Shown piece by piece: positions 42,651 to 54,676 of a DNA stretch of 64,000 nucleotides. Position numbers and translations under genes: made by a program. Under the pieces are notes generated by a model, which did not search any database, was not told where the DNA came from, and saw nothing but the letters and a program-made list of their open reading frames with translations. The stretch is from an uncultured delta proteobacterium (GTDB taxonomy: Bacteria > Desulfobacterota > Binatia > UBA9968): positions 189,164 through 253,163 of the forward strand of contig CAVTUQ010000037.1 in NCBI GenBank assembly GCA_963737905.1. The letters run 5' to 3'. Numbering within the stretch: position 1 is the stretch's first letter; the number at the start of each line of letters is the position of its first letter.

Positions 42651-43012
42651 TATTTCCGGCGACCTCTGTTTTCAATGAGAATATCTCGAATTTCACTCTC
42701 GACCTCATACCAGGAAAGGTTCATCGCACCCTTCCTGGCGATAATGAGCACATCCTGGTTGGGGACAATTTGGTGGCGATGCCTGCGGAAACATTCTCTG
42801 AGAAGCCGCTTTACTCGGTTACGGACAACCGCATTCCCCACTTTCGAACTAACAGTTACGCCAAGCCGGGCCTCTCCTCGCTCGTTCGGTTTGATAATAA
42901 TCAAGAAATGGGGGGCATAGATTTTTTTCCCCCAACGCGACAGGCTCAGAAACTCTGGCCGTTTTCTCAGACGGGCTTGTTTCGGAAAGTTCGCTTTGCC
43001 TCGCGACGACAT
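42650..43012 (-). CDS. rnpA: Ribonuclease P protein component
   Basis: RLGVTVSSKVGNAVVRNRVKR. Confidence 0.96.
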   Translation of the reverse strand: MSSRGKANFPKQARLRKRPEFLSLSRWGKKIYAPHFLIIIKPNERGEARLGVTVSSKVGNAVVRNRVKRLLRECFRRHRHQIVPNQDVLIIARKGAMNLSWYEVESEIRDILIENRGRRK

Positions 43013-43021
43013 CCCCCGTTT

Positions 43022-43183
43022 TTACGTGCGAGCCCGTTTCGGCGGTACCTTAACAGTTAGCCTTTTGCGCCCCTTGGCCCTTCGTCTTTTCAACACATTA
43101 CGCCCGCCGGGGGTTTCCATCCGTATGAGAAAGCCGTGGGTTCGTTTACGTCGTACGTTACTGGGCTGATAAGTTCTTTTCAT
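43022..43183 (-). CDS. rpmH: 50S ribosomal protein L34 (absent from the ORF track)
   Basis: Manual translation gives [53 protein letters not shown]. Confidence 0.96.
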   Translation of the reverse strand: MKRTYQPSNVRRKRTHGFLIRMETPGGRNVLKRRRAKGRKRLTVKVPPKRART

Positions 43184-43255
43184 AGATGTAATACTCCCTC
43201 GGCCGAACAGACGGCCAAGAAGTTATTTCAATCATAGACTCCAGGTATTGTCAAT

Positions 43256-44263
43256 TTAGTAGAGTTCGGCCTTTAGAGAGCGCTGCATTAGGTCGCGCAC
43301 GGCTTCGGCGGGCTTTTTGCCTTCATAAATGACCTTATACATCTGCTCCACGATCGGCATTTCGGCTTCCAACCGCCTCGAAAGCAAGTATACAGAACGA
43401 GTGTTACGAATACCCTCGGCCACCATGCGAGTCTCTTGGCTAATCTCCTGCACGCTCTTTCCCTGTGCGATCTGGATACCAACCTTTCGGTTGCGGCTGA
43501 GGTCACCGACACAAGTTAGCACCAAGTCCCCCAAACCCGGCAAACCTGCAAGGGTCATTGAATCCGCCCCCATGCGAACAGCCAGCCGCGTCATCTCTGC
43601 AAGCCCCCGGGTGATTAGAGCAGAACGCGCGTTATGACCGAGGCTCAGACCGTCGCTAATTCCCGCGGCGATGGCAATAACATTTTTAATTACCCCACCC
43701 ATCTGCACGCCAACGACATCCGTCGAGGTATAGACTCTAAAATTCTTCGTGCTCAGGGTCTCTTGGACGTCTCTAGCTATCTCTTCAAGGCGCGCAGCTA
43801 CGGTAACGGCGGCCGGCAAGCCCCGAGCGACCTCAATGGCAAAAGTCGGACCGGACAGAAAGGCATGTCTTTCCTTTTGCGGTCCGCCGAAGACCTCGGC
43901 CAAGACCTCCCCCATAGTTTTCAGACTTCCCTCTTCGAGCCCCTTCGTGCCGCACAGAACGGTTGCTTTCGGGGACACATAGGACGAAGCGCTAACTACG
44001 ACGGCGCGCACCGTATGGGACGGAACAGCGCAAATGACCAAGGATTTGTCAGCGACGGCAGCTTCGATGGAACGAGTAAATTCAATGCTTGCCGGGAGGA
44101 CGACACCCGCCAGATAGGTGCGACTCACTCTGTTTTCTTGAAGCTCGCGAAAGCTTTCTGCCCCGTGGCACCAGAGCGTCACTGGCTCACCCTTATCAGC
44201 AAGCAACTTGGCCAGGGCGATACCCCAACCGCCCGCCCCAATAATTCCGATCGGCTTCAGCAT
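43256..44263 (-). CDS. gpsA: NAD(P)H-dependent glycerol-3-phosphate dehydrogenase
   Basis: GAGGWG, LSGPTFA, KNVIAIAAG, GDLVLTC and SRN. Confidence 0.96.
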   Translation of the reverse strand: MLKPIGIIGAGGWGIALAKLLADKGEPVTLWCHGAESFRELQENRVSRTYLAGVVLPASIEFTRSIEAAVADKSLVICAVPSHTVRAVVVSASSYVSPKATVLCGTKGLEEGSLKTMGEVLAEVFGGPQKERHAFLSGPTFAIEVARGLPAAVTVAARLEEIARDVQETLSTKNFRVYTSTDVVGVQMGGVIKNVIAIAAGISDGLSLGHNARSALITRGLAEMTRLAVRMGADSMTLAGLPGLGDLVLTCVGDLSRNRKVGIQIAQGKSVQEISQETRMVAEGIRNTRSVYLLSRRLEAEMPIVEQMYKVIYEGKKPAEAVRDLMQRSLKAELY

Positions 44264-44357
44264 AATGATAAAAAGATCCCGGAAGCAGGAAGAGAAATCA
44301 AGTTCGGAGAGGACGCGTCAGACGAGACTGCGAAAGACACCGTGGGTGGACGAAAAG

Positions 44358-46805
44358 CTACTCTTCCTCCTCCTCCTCTTTCTCCGCCAGGCGTGCCAAC
44401 GACACGACCCGTTCGCTTTCCTCCAAATCGATAAGTCGCACGCCCTGGGTGTTGCGACCGATAACCCGGATATCCTTGATGCGAAGACGTATGATCTTGC
44501 CCGCGTTCGTGACCAGCATGAGCTGATCGTCCTCGGTCACCTGTTGCGCGCCCACAACGCGGCCGGTCTTGTCAGTGGTTTTCATCGTGATGATGCCCTT
44601 GCCGCCGCGGGATTGGAGACGATACTCATTGGTCTCCGTACGCTTACCGAAGCCGTTCTCGGCGACCGTGAGCACGTCGCAGCCGAGGCTGAGTATCTCC
44701 ATGCTGACCACCAAATCGCCATCATCGAGCCGCATTCCGACCACACCATAGGTTCCCCGGCCCGTTGGCCGGACTTGTTCTTCTTTAAAGCGAATGGATT
44801 GTCCACCGGCGGTGGAAAGAATGATTTCCTGCTGTCCATCCGTCAGATGGACACCAATGACCTCGTCTTTGTCTTCCAGGGCGATGGCGCGAATCCCGTT
44901 GGAGCGCGGATTCGCATAGGACATCAGCTCGGTCTTCTTTACGAGGCCCTTTTTTGTGGCAAAGACAACGTAACGCCCTTCTTGGAACTCGCGGACCGTT
45001 AAGAAAGCCGAAACTTTCTCTCCCGGTTCGAGATTGAGCAAATTAACGATCGGTTTGCCCCTCGCGGCTCTGCTCGCCTGCGGCAGCTCGTGCACCTTGA
45101 TCCAGTAAACCTTGCCGATCGTCGTGAAGAAGAGAATGTACGAGTGCATGGAAGCGATAAAGAGGTACTCGACAAAATCTTCTTCTTTGGTGGTCGCGCC
45201 GATCTTTCCCTTGCCGCCGCGTCGCTGCGCCCGATAAAGAGTGACCGGATTGCGTTTGATGTAGCCCTCGTGCGAAATGGTGACCGCCATGTCTTCATCG
45301 ACGATCAGGTCCTCGATGGAGATCTCCTCCGATTGGGCGACGATCTGGGTTCTTCGCTCGTCGCCATACTTCTCCTTGATCTCCTTCAGCTCTTCGACAA
45401 TGATGCGATAGATTTCCTTCTCGTTTGCAAGGATCGCTTTCTGCTTGGCGATGAGCTCCACCGTTTCCTTGTGCTCTTCGAGAATCTTGTCGCGTTCCAA
45501 ACCTGTCAGTCTTTGCAGCCGCATGTCCAAGATCGCCTGTGCCTGGATGTCGGAGAGGCCGAAATTCTGCATCAAACCGTCTTTTGCGGCTTTGGGATCC
45601 TGGGAGCGCCGAATCAGCGTAATGACGGCATCGAGATGATCGAGCGCGATCTTGAGCCCTTCGAGGATATGGAGCCGCTCCTCCGCCTTGCGCAGGTCAT
45701 AGGCGGTCCGCCGCGTCACCACTTCCTTGCGGTGATCCAGGAAGGCCTTGAGGGCCTCTTTGAGATTGAGTACCTTTGGGCGGCCGTCGGCAATGGCGAG
45801 CATGTTGACGCCGAAAGAATCTTGTAAACCCGTGTGCTTATAAAGCTGGTTGAGGACAATGTCGGCTATGACATCACGCTTTAATTCGACGACGATGCGC
45901 ATCCCTTCGCGGTCCGATTCATCGCGGAGATCGGCGATCCCTTCGACTTTCTTCTCCTGCACTAAGGCGGCAATCTGTTCAATGATCCGATTTTTGTTGA
46001 CCATGAACGGGATTTCACTGATAACGATTTGCTCTTTGCCGGTGCGTTTGACGGTTTCGGTGAAAGCCTTGCCGCGCATCTGGATGATGCCTTTACCTTC
46101 GTTGTAAGCTTGAGCGATCGGCTCCTTCCCATGAATGAAACCGCCGGTAGGGAAATCCGGCCCCGGGATATACTTCATCAATTGTTTGATCGTAAGAGCC
46201 GGATCTTCGACCAGGGCAACGAGCCCATCGATTACTTCCCCCAAGTTGTGCGGCGGAATATTGGTCGCCATTCCGACTGCGATACCCGAGGCGCCGTTGA
46301 CCAGCAGGTTGGGAACGCGCGACGGCAGAACCGCCGGTTCTTTGAGGGAGTCGTCGTAGTTCGGAATGAAATCGACGGTCTCCTTCTCGATATCCGCTAA
46401 AAGTTCTTCGGCGAGACGGGCCATGCGGATTTCGGTGTAACGCATAGCGGCGGGAGGATCGGGATCGATGGAGCCAAAGTTCCCCTGGCCATCGATCAGC
46501 GGATAACGCATCGAGAAATCTTGCACTAATCGAACGATCGTATCGTAAACCGCGGCATCACCGTGGGGATGATACTTACCGATGACATCGCCGACGAGAC
46601 GAGCCGATTTCTTATAGGGCTTGTCCCAGCTATTGCCCATATCGTACATGGCGTAAAGCACCCGGCGGTGGACCGGCTTGAGCCCGTCGCGCACGTCCGG
46701 CAGCGCGCGACTGATGATAACGCTCATGGCGTAGTCCATGAACGACTGGCGCATTTCGTCCTCGATATAGACGGGGATCTTTTGCTGCTTCAGCGTCGCT
46801 TCCAT
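44358..46805 (-). CDS. gyrA: DNA gyrase subunit A
   Basis: [29 protein letters not shown], GyrA-box QRRGGKG and an acidic tail. Confidence 0.98.
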   Translation of the reverse strand: MEATLKQQKIPVYIEDEMRQSFMDYAMSVIISRALPDVRDGLKPVHRRVLYAMYDMGNSWDKPYKKSARLVGDVIGKYHPHGDAAVYDTIVRLVQDFSMRYPLIDGQGNFGSIDPDPPAAMRYTEIRMARLAEELLADIEKETVDFIPNYDDSLKEPAVLPSRVPNLLVNGASGIAVGMATNIPPHNLGEVIDGLVALVEDPALTIKQLMKYIPGPDFPTGGFIHGKEPIAQAYNEGKGIIQMRGKAFTETVKRTGKEQIVISEIPFMVNKNRIIEQIAALVQEKKVEGIADLRDESDREGMRIVVELKRDVIADIVLNQLYKHTGLQDSFGVNMLAIADGRPKVLNLKEALKAFLDHRKEVVTRRTAYDLRKAEERLHILEGLKIALDHLDAVITLIRRSQDPKAAKDGLMQNFGLSDIQAQAILDMRLQRLTGLERDKILEEHKETVELIAKQKAILANEKEIYRIIVEELKEIKEKYGDERRTQIVAQSEEISIEDLIVDEDMAVTISHEGYIKRNPVTLYRAQRRGGKGKIGATTKEEDFVEYLFIASMHSYILFFTTIGKVYWIKVHELPQASRAARGKPIVNLLNLEPGEKVSAFLTVREFQEGRYVVFATKKGLVKKTELMSYANPRSNGIRAIALEDKDEVIGVHLTDGQQEIILSTAGGQSIRFKEEQVRPTGRGTYGVVGMRLDDGDLVVSMEILSLGCDVLTVAENGFGKRTETNEYRLQSRGGKGIITMKTTDKTGRVVGAQQVTEDDQLMLVTNAGKIIRLRIKDIRVIGRNTQGVRLIDLEESERVVSLARLAEKEEEEEE

Positions 46806-46814
46806 ATCTTTAGG

Positions 46815-46896
46815 CGTTCAAACAGTTCAAGTAGTTCAAATCGTTCAAGCCGTTTCGTCGTTTTGAACTTTTTAAACGAATTGAACGGCTTGAACT
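46815..46896. repeat. Inverted pair of 9-mer tandem arrays (hairpin) between gyrB and gyrA
   Basis: CGTTCAAAC AGTTCAAGT AGTTCAAAT CGTTCAAGC ... TTTTGAACT TTTTAAACG AATTGAACG GCTTGAACT. Confidence 0.8.
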
Positions 46897-46907
46897 TATT
46901 CCGTGGG

Positions 46908-49338
<2,431 letters not shown>

Positions 49339-49452
49339 TTTTTATCAACTGCTAACTGAGATTTACCTGAAAAGTTCCGGGGTTAGCTTGACTTTTGACT
49401 AACAAAGAATATTACCGGAAAAATGGCAAAAAGTAAAGCGAAAAATTGCCCA

Positions 49453-49465
49453 TAACATATTGATT
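49453..49465 (-). promoter_or_regulatory. IHF-consensus site in the AT-rich region upstream of gyrB
   Basis: Minus strand AATCAATATGTTA matches WATCAANNNNTTR. Confidence 0.4.
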
Positions 49466-49564
49466 TTTCGAGCAAAATAAAACTCCGAAAGGGCCCTCTG
49501 GCCTGGACGGTTAAAAACCGCCGCCGTATTGACAGTGGCAGAGCTCTGAGCGAAAAGGAGGGCC

Positions 49565-50269
49565 ATGAAAAATGCGCTTGCTGCGTTCAAATTTCTGACA
49601 TTTGCTGGCCGATTCCATCGGACGCAGGTTAGCGCCGAGCAAGTCAGTACGTCCATACTTTATTTTCCGTTGGTGGGAATTTTTTTGGGGTTGGTGTTGG
49701 TTCTTCTGAATCGCTTACTGGACCCCCGTCTTGAGTCGGAAATTCTCGACGTCCTTCTGATCGCGGTCCTCGCGCTCTTGACCGGAGCGATTCACTACGA
49801 GGGAGTGCAAAATACCTTTGATGCATTGTCCGTGAAACAAGGAAAAGAGAAAGGACATAGTCTCACGTTTGGAATTCTAGCAATCGTGTTTGTGGTTCTG
49901 CTCAAGGTGCGGGCCATCGAAGTGACCGGAGAAACGCGCAGCCTCGGTCTTCTGCTGACACCGTTGTTCGGACGTTGGTCGCTGGTGATTTTTCTTTACG
50001 GCTCGGCCTCTTTCGCTGAAGGCACCGCGAGGATCCTAGCCGGCAACGTTAGAGCCTGGCATCTCGCTTTGACAACAATCCTGACGCTGGCGCTAGCCAC
50101 TTTCCTGGTGGGGCGAACGGCGCTCTGGATTGGATTATGTTTGTCTCTTTTCGCTTTGCTTAGCCGGACCTATCTCCGAAGGAGAAATGGCTGCATCGGC
50201 TCCGATAATTTCGGAGCCGTTGTCGAGCTCAGTGAAACCCTGAGCTTCCTTCTCTTCGCATCCTTGTAA
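49565..50269 (+). CDS. CobS-like membrane protein with degenerate motifs
   Basis: FPLVG, LTGAIHYEGVQNTFD, GRW and SDNFGAVVELSE align with CobS. Confidence 0.75.
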   Translation: MKNALAAFKFLTFAGRFHRTQVSAEQVSTSILYFPLVGIFLGLVLVLLNRLLDPRLESEILDVLLIAVLALLTGAIHYEGVQNTFDALSVKQGKEKGHSLTFGILAIVFVVLLKVRAIEVTGETRSLGLLLTPLFGRWSLVIFLYGSASFAEGTARILAGNVRAWHLALTTILTLALATFLVGRTALWIGLCLSLFALLSRTYLRRRNGCIGSDNFGAVVELSETLSFLLFASL

Positions 50270-50296
50270 GACAACACCGATTTCGCCGCCGGCCCC

Positions 50297-51172
50297 ATGG
50301 AGCTCTTCAAGCCTTTATCGCCTGTTATTCCGGTTTTCCTGCTCGTCGCGGTGGGCTTCGTCTTCGCCCATTGGAAAAAGATCAGCCTCGCATCGGTAAC
50401 GGAAATTATCGTCTATTTGGGAACGCCCTCCCTGGTTTTCACCGCTCTCGCAAGCCGGCCTCTCTTTGCGGAAGACATCGCGGTTCTGTTCAGCGGCGTG
50501 GTCATAATCTTCGCTGGCGTCGGCTTACTGATCCGGCTCTATTTCCTGGTCTTTCAATTTCGCTCCCGTGGGTTCGCCTTGCCCGCCCTTTTTATGAACG
50601 CCGGGAATATGGGTATCCCGCTGGCGCTCTTCGCTCTTGGTCCGCCCGGCATGCAGCGAGCAACCTTGCTCTTTGTCATTATCACGTCTTTTCAATACTC
50701 GCTTGGGGTTTACATTCTAAGTGGTCGTGGTCATTGGGCAGAGATTTTTCGTCTGCCACTGATCTATGCCACCATCGCTGGACTATCTTTTAATCTGGGG
50801 CAAGTAAGGATTCCTGATCTGATCTTCCAGCCGCTTTCACTGCTCGGCCAATCTACGATTCCACTTATGCTCGTGAGCCTCGGTTATCGCCTGCATGACT
50901 TTCGGTCATTGCAATGGGGTCACGCCATCGGCGGAGCGCTGCTGCGAATTCTGGGCGGATTTATTGCCGCGACCATCGCGGTGAAACTAATCGACGCCGA
51001 CGGCATCAACCGCCAAGTGTTACTGCTTTACGGTTCCCTACCCGCAGCTGCCATGAACTTCGTTCTCACAGAAAAGTTTGGTCAGGATCCGAATCTCGCG
51101 GCGTCCATCGTGGTCTTGAGCACCTTTTTTTCTATCATCACGATTCCGCTGGTGTTCTGGCTCATCCTCTGA
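50297..51172 (+). CDS. AEC (auxin efflux carrier) family transporter
   Basis: PSLVF, NAGNMGIP, PLMLVSLG and LPAA; about 10 TM helices. Confidence 0.88.
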   Translation: MELFKPLSPVIPVFLLVAVGFVFAHWKKISLASVTEIIVYLGTPSLVFTALASRPLFAEDIAVLFSGVVIIFAGVGLLIRLYFLVFQFRSRGFALPALFMNAGNMGIPLALFALGPPGMQRATLLFVIITSFQYSLGVYILSGRGHWAEIFRLPLIYATIAGLSFNLGQVRIPDLIFQPLSLLGQSTIPLMLVSLGYRLHDFRSLQWGHAIGGALLRILGGFIAATIAVKLIDADGINRQVLLLYGSLPAAAMNFVLTEKFGQDPNLAASIVVLSTFFSIITIPLVFWLIL

Positions 51173-51235
51173 GGCGACGAGATTTTCAGAGCGGCAAACC
51201 GAAGGTCGTGAAATTGCGAGGAGCGAAAATAACGC

Positions 51236-51264
51236 TTGACAGGACATTGTTCACGATGTAATTT
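51236..51264 (+). promoter_or_regulatory. Sigma-70 promoter of the B12 operon
   Basis: TTGACA-N17-TAATTT about 20 nt before riboswitch 1. Confidence 0.65.
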
Positions 51265-51283
51265 CCGCTTCGTTATTTTGACT

Positions 51284-51500
51284 CTCTGGGCGTCAGGGAA
51301 GACCGGTCAAAATCCGGCGCGGTCCCGCCACTGTAAGGGCGACGAAAGCCGCAACGCAAGTCACTGCTCAGAAAAATTTTAGATTTGGATTGAGGATTTT
51401 GGATTCAATCTAAAACCGCAAATTTAAAGTCTGAAATTTTAATCTGGATGGGAAGGCGCGGCGAGTAGATTAAAGCCTAAGCCAGGAAACCTGCCTAGAG
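51284..51500 (+). ncRNA. Cobalamin riboswitch 1 (with repeat-hairpin insertion)
   Basis: P1 CTCTGGGC/GCCTAGAG; AGGGAA-CCGG..CCGG-CGGTCCCGCCACTGT; B12 box TGGGAAGG; AGCCAGGAAACCTG. Confidence 0.93.
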
Positions 51501-51567
51501 CATTTTTCAACCGGCCTCTCCGGAAGAGAGAGAAAGGTCTTCCAATCTTTCCCCCAATAGACCGTAG

Positions 51568-51607
51568 AGGCGACGGACTCGTTGGGATGAGTCGTGGCTT
51601 GTTTTTC
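51568..51607 (+). terminator. Probable intrinsic terminator (expression platform of riboswitch 1)
   Basis: Imperfect stem ACG-G-ACTC/GAGT-CGT followed by TTGTTTTTCGTTTT. Confidence 0.5.
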
Positions 51608-51667
51608 GTTTTCTCGAGCGAGCCAGCAAGGACGCGGTTTCCTTTTTCCGATGAGCAAACAACGAAT

Positions 51668-52027
51668 GATCGGATTAGGGAGGTAATAAAACAAAGATAA
51701 TCGGCTGCAGACGGATTAAGGGAAAGGGGTGACTCCCCCTCCCTGCACCCACCTCCAATTTTTGATTTTAGATTTTGGATTTTAGATTCGATACCAATCC
51801 AAAATCGGCAATCGAAAATCCAAAATGGGGGAGCGGGCATGGAGAGGGGGGAATGCCCCTGCTGCCCCGCAACTGTAAGGGCCACGAAGGCCGCACGCAC
51901 TAGCCACTGCTCAGAAGAATTTTGGATTTAGGATTTTGGATTCAGTCTAAAATCTAAAAATCTGAAATTTTAGGGTGGGAAGGCGCGGCGAGTAGGTTAA
52001 AGCCCGAGCCAGGAGACCTATCCGATC
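51668..52027 (+). ncRNA. Cobalamin riboswitch 2 (two insertions)
   Basis: P1 GATCGGATTAGG/CCTATCCGATC; AAGGGAA, AGGGGT..GCCCCT, GCTGCCCCGCAACTGT, GCCACTG, TGGGAAGG and AGCCAGGAGACC; the downstream hairpin overlaps the btuB SD AGGAGG. Confidence 0.92.
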
Positions 52028-52063
52028 TGCCTAACTTCCCCTTTCGCGGGAAAAGGAGGTTTT

Positions 52064-53983
52064 ATGGCTCGCTTCTGGTTTCTACTGTTTTTTACTTTGT
52101 TTCCGATCTTGTCTCAGGCCGCGGAGCCGGCACCCGCGGAAAGTCTTCCTCCAATGGTTGTAACCGCCACACGCACGGAAGTTCCTCTTAATCAGCTCAC
52201 AACATCCCTGACAGTCATCACAGCTGAAGACATTCGCGAGCGGCAAGGGGAACTGGTATCGGAGGTCCTGCGCGACGTCGCAGGCGTCAATGTCGTTCAA
52301 ACGGGTTCCATGGGAACGGCCACGTCCGTTTTCATTCGTGGCTCCGCATCAAATCAGGTGCTGGTTTTGGTCGACGGCGTTGAAATAAACAGCACGACCA
52401 CAGGTGCCTACGACTTCGCTAACCTGACCACCGAAAGCATCGAGCGCATCGAAGTCCTCCGCGGCGCCGGTGGAACTCTTTATGGCTCGCAAGCCATCGG
52501 CGGCGTGATCAATATCATCACCAAAAGAGGACAGGGGCCGTTGGATGTGGGGGTATCCGCGCAGGGCGGCAACGGTTGGACCAACCGTCAAGTCGCAACC
52601 CTGAGAGGCGGCGTGGGTAAACTCGGCTATGCGTTCAGCGTAGGCCATATCGGGAGTCAAGGCTTCAGGAGCGTCAACGACGATTATCGCAACCTCTCGA
52701 CGTCGGCGCGCCTGGACTATCAGCTGACAGAGAATGCCAGCCTCAAGGGTATCTTCCACTACATCAATAGCGATGCGGGCTTGTTCAATAACAACAACTT
52801 CGCCTCCACAGCCGACCCCAACGCTCGTCAGGCCACGACTCAATACGTGGGCAAACTTGAGTGGGAACAAAAAATCCTGGCGAACTGGGATTACCGAATT
52901 TCCGGATCCATTTTCAAAGAACATGACAATTTTACCGACGACGTCGATTCCTGCGTCTTTTTCGGTTCCCCTGCGATTCGCGCACTCGCGATATCTTTCG
53001 CCCTCAAATCGCTAGCGGCGAATTTCAAACCAACTATCGCCTCGAAGATTGGAGCACGTCGACTTTTGGCGTCCAATACAATCGCAGGTCGGCCAGCACC
53101 AACGGTGGAATCGACGAAGCCATCGGCAATGTCGGCTACTACCTGCAGCAACAATTTCAGTTTCTCGACCGCAGCCTGATCATGATCCCGGGAATCCGCC
53201 TGGACGATAATCAACAGTTCGGCACCGCTTGGACGCCTTCTTTCTCCGCGGCCTATCTATTCAAGGAGATCGGCACCAAGTTAAAGGGTGGCTATGCCAG
53301 CGGTTTTAGAGCGCCGACGTTGAACGAGCTGTTCTTCCCTCCGGGCTTCGGTTGCCCCGCTTTCGGTAATCCAAACCTCGGTCCGGAAAGAAGTTGGGAA
53401 ATAAACTTCGGCGTCGAACAGAATCTTCCTCGCCGAGCGATCAAACTAGGGTGCGAAACTACTTCCATCGCGAGGTGAAAGACCTGATCGAAGGAAGACC
53501 CATTCCCGGAGATCCAATGGGTTGTGTCCGCGCCGAGAACGTGGGAAGCGCCCGGTTTGACGGCGTCGAATTGACTTTGGGAATAAGACTCTTCGAGGGC
53601 CTCACTTTGAACGCCAATTACACCTATCTCGACTGGGATACTGCGGATGGGATCTTACCGCGCCGGCCGCACAATAGCGGGAACATGATCCTGAACTATC
53701 TACAGGATGCTTTGAACGTCAATCTCATCGTCAACATCGTCGGGCGCCGTCGACGATTTCAGAGCTGCCTCGCCGTTTGGCGATACGGTCACGGCGGGAT
53801 ATGGAATTGTCGATCTCGCATCATCCTACAGGCTTCCCTGGCGCATGCCCCTCGTCAAAGGAAATAAGCCTGATCGGCAAGATCCAAAACTTGTTCAACA
53901 AGAAGTACGATCAGGCGGACGGGTTCCGCGCCCCGCCGCTAAACTTTTTGCTCGGTTTTCGGGCCAATTTTGGAAATCAATAG
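52064..53983 (+). CDS. btuB: TonB-dependent cobalamin receptor; several frameshifts
   Basis: TonB box MVVTATR, plug domain (FIRG, LVDG, IERIEVLRG, LYGS), GFRAPT and terminal NLFNKKY...F; under B12 riboswitches. Confidence 0.88.
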
Positions 53984-53991
53984 GAAAGAAT

Positions 53992-54027
53992 GTTCAAAGT
54001 TCAATGTTCCAGGTTCAACGTTTCAAC
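53992..54027 (+). repeat. 7-mer tandem repeat (GTTCAAN)
   Basis: GTTCAAA GTTCAAT GTTCCAG GTTCAAC GTTTCAAC. Confidence 0.65.
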
Positions 54028-54116
54028 TCGTTTCCACACGAAGGAATTAACTTAAACTGACACACAGCAGGCTGACAGGGTATCGGATGTGTAGGGAGGA
54101 ATTGATCCTAAAGTTT

Positions 54117-54227
54117 GTCACCCCCGAATGTCTTAATCGGGGGTCCAGTCTTCTCACCTGGATTCCCGACGGTTCGAGAACTCACCGTCCCGAGGGAAAT
54201 CGAGGGATAGAAGTATTCGGGAATGAC
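54117..54227. repeat. REP-like inverted doublet with a nested second element
   Basis: GTCACCCCCGA..TCGGGGGTCCAG / CTGGATTCCCGA..TCGGGAATGAC; the second arm is interrupted by about 38 nt (54170-54207). Confidence 0.65.
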
Positions 54228-54588
54228 GGACTCTAAGAGGTCCAGAACAGCGCTCCTTACGCAGCAAGATATGCCTGATAACGAAATCATGGAGGTTACA
54301 GTAGTCGTCGATTTTAGATCGAGAACACAGCTTCCTATTGAAAAGACACTAACCATGCCTGAGAAAAGCACTGTGTTCGATGCTTTAAGCGCTGCCGTTC
54401 CGGTGGTCACTTCACGCAAGTTCGGTATGGATCACTTTGTCGAAGAGATAGCCGGAGTGAGAAATGATTTTGCCAGTGACCGTGGCTGGCATTTCGAGGT
54501 TAACGGCTATCGCTCCAACGTTCCCGCTGAACGATACCTCGTCAAAAGCGGCGATTTCATCAAGTGGCTGTTTCTGGCAGCGCCTTGA
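54223..54588 (+). CDS. DUF4430 (transcobalamin C-terminal-like) domain protein; start uncertain
   Basis: TVFDAL...FVEEIAGV.N...GWHFEVNG....AERYLVKSGDFIKW; inside the B12 operon. Confidence 0.78.
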   Translation: MTDSKRSRTALLTQQDMPDNEIMEVTVVVDFRSRTQLPIEKTLTMPEKSTVFDALSAAVPVVTSRKFGMDHFVEEIAGVRNDFASDRGWHFEVNGYRSNVPAERYLVKSGDFIKWLFLAAP

Positions 54589-54676
54589 GTAAGCACTGCC
54601 CAGCAGTTTTACGACACGCAGAGCGATGAAGTACCGCCTTGAGACCAAATGCTAGAAGCGTGAACAGCGAGGCGAA

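Noticed and set aside
38781-45827. Long plus-strand ORFs (38781, 39630, 41301, 43634, 44208, 45090)
   Set aside because: They are antisense shadows of ispG, jag, yidC, gpsA and gyrA with no recognisable motifs.
49340-49560. oriC upstream of gyrB
   Set aside because: AT-rich with one IHF-like site, but no cluster of TTATCCACA boxes and no dnaA.
51439-51900. 153 aa minus-strand ORF
   Set aside because: It is the antisense translation of the riboswitches and repeats (SKIQNLKSKI is the heptamer read-out).
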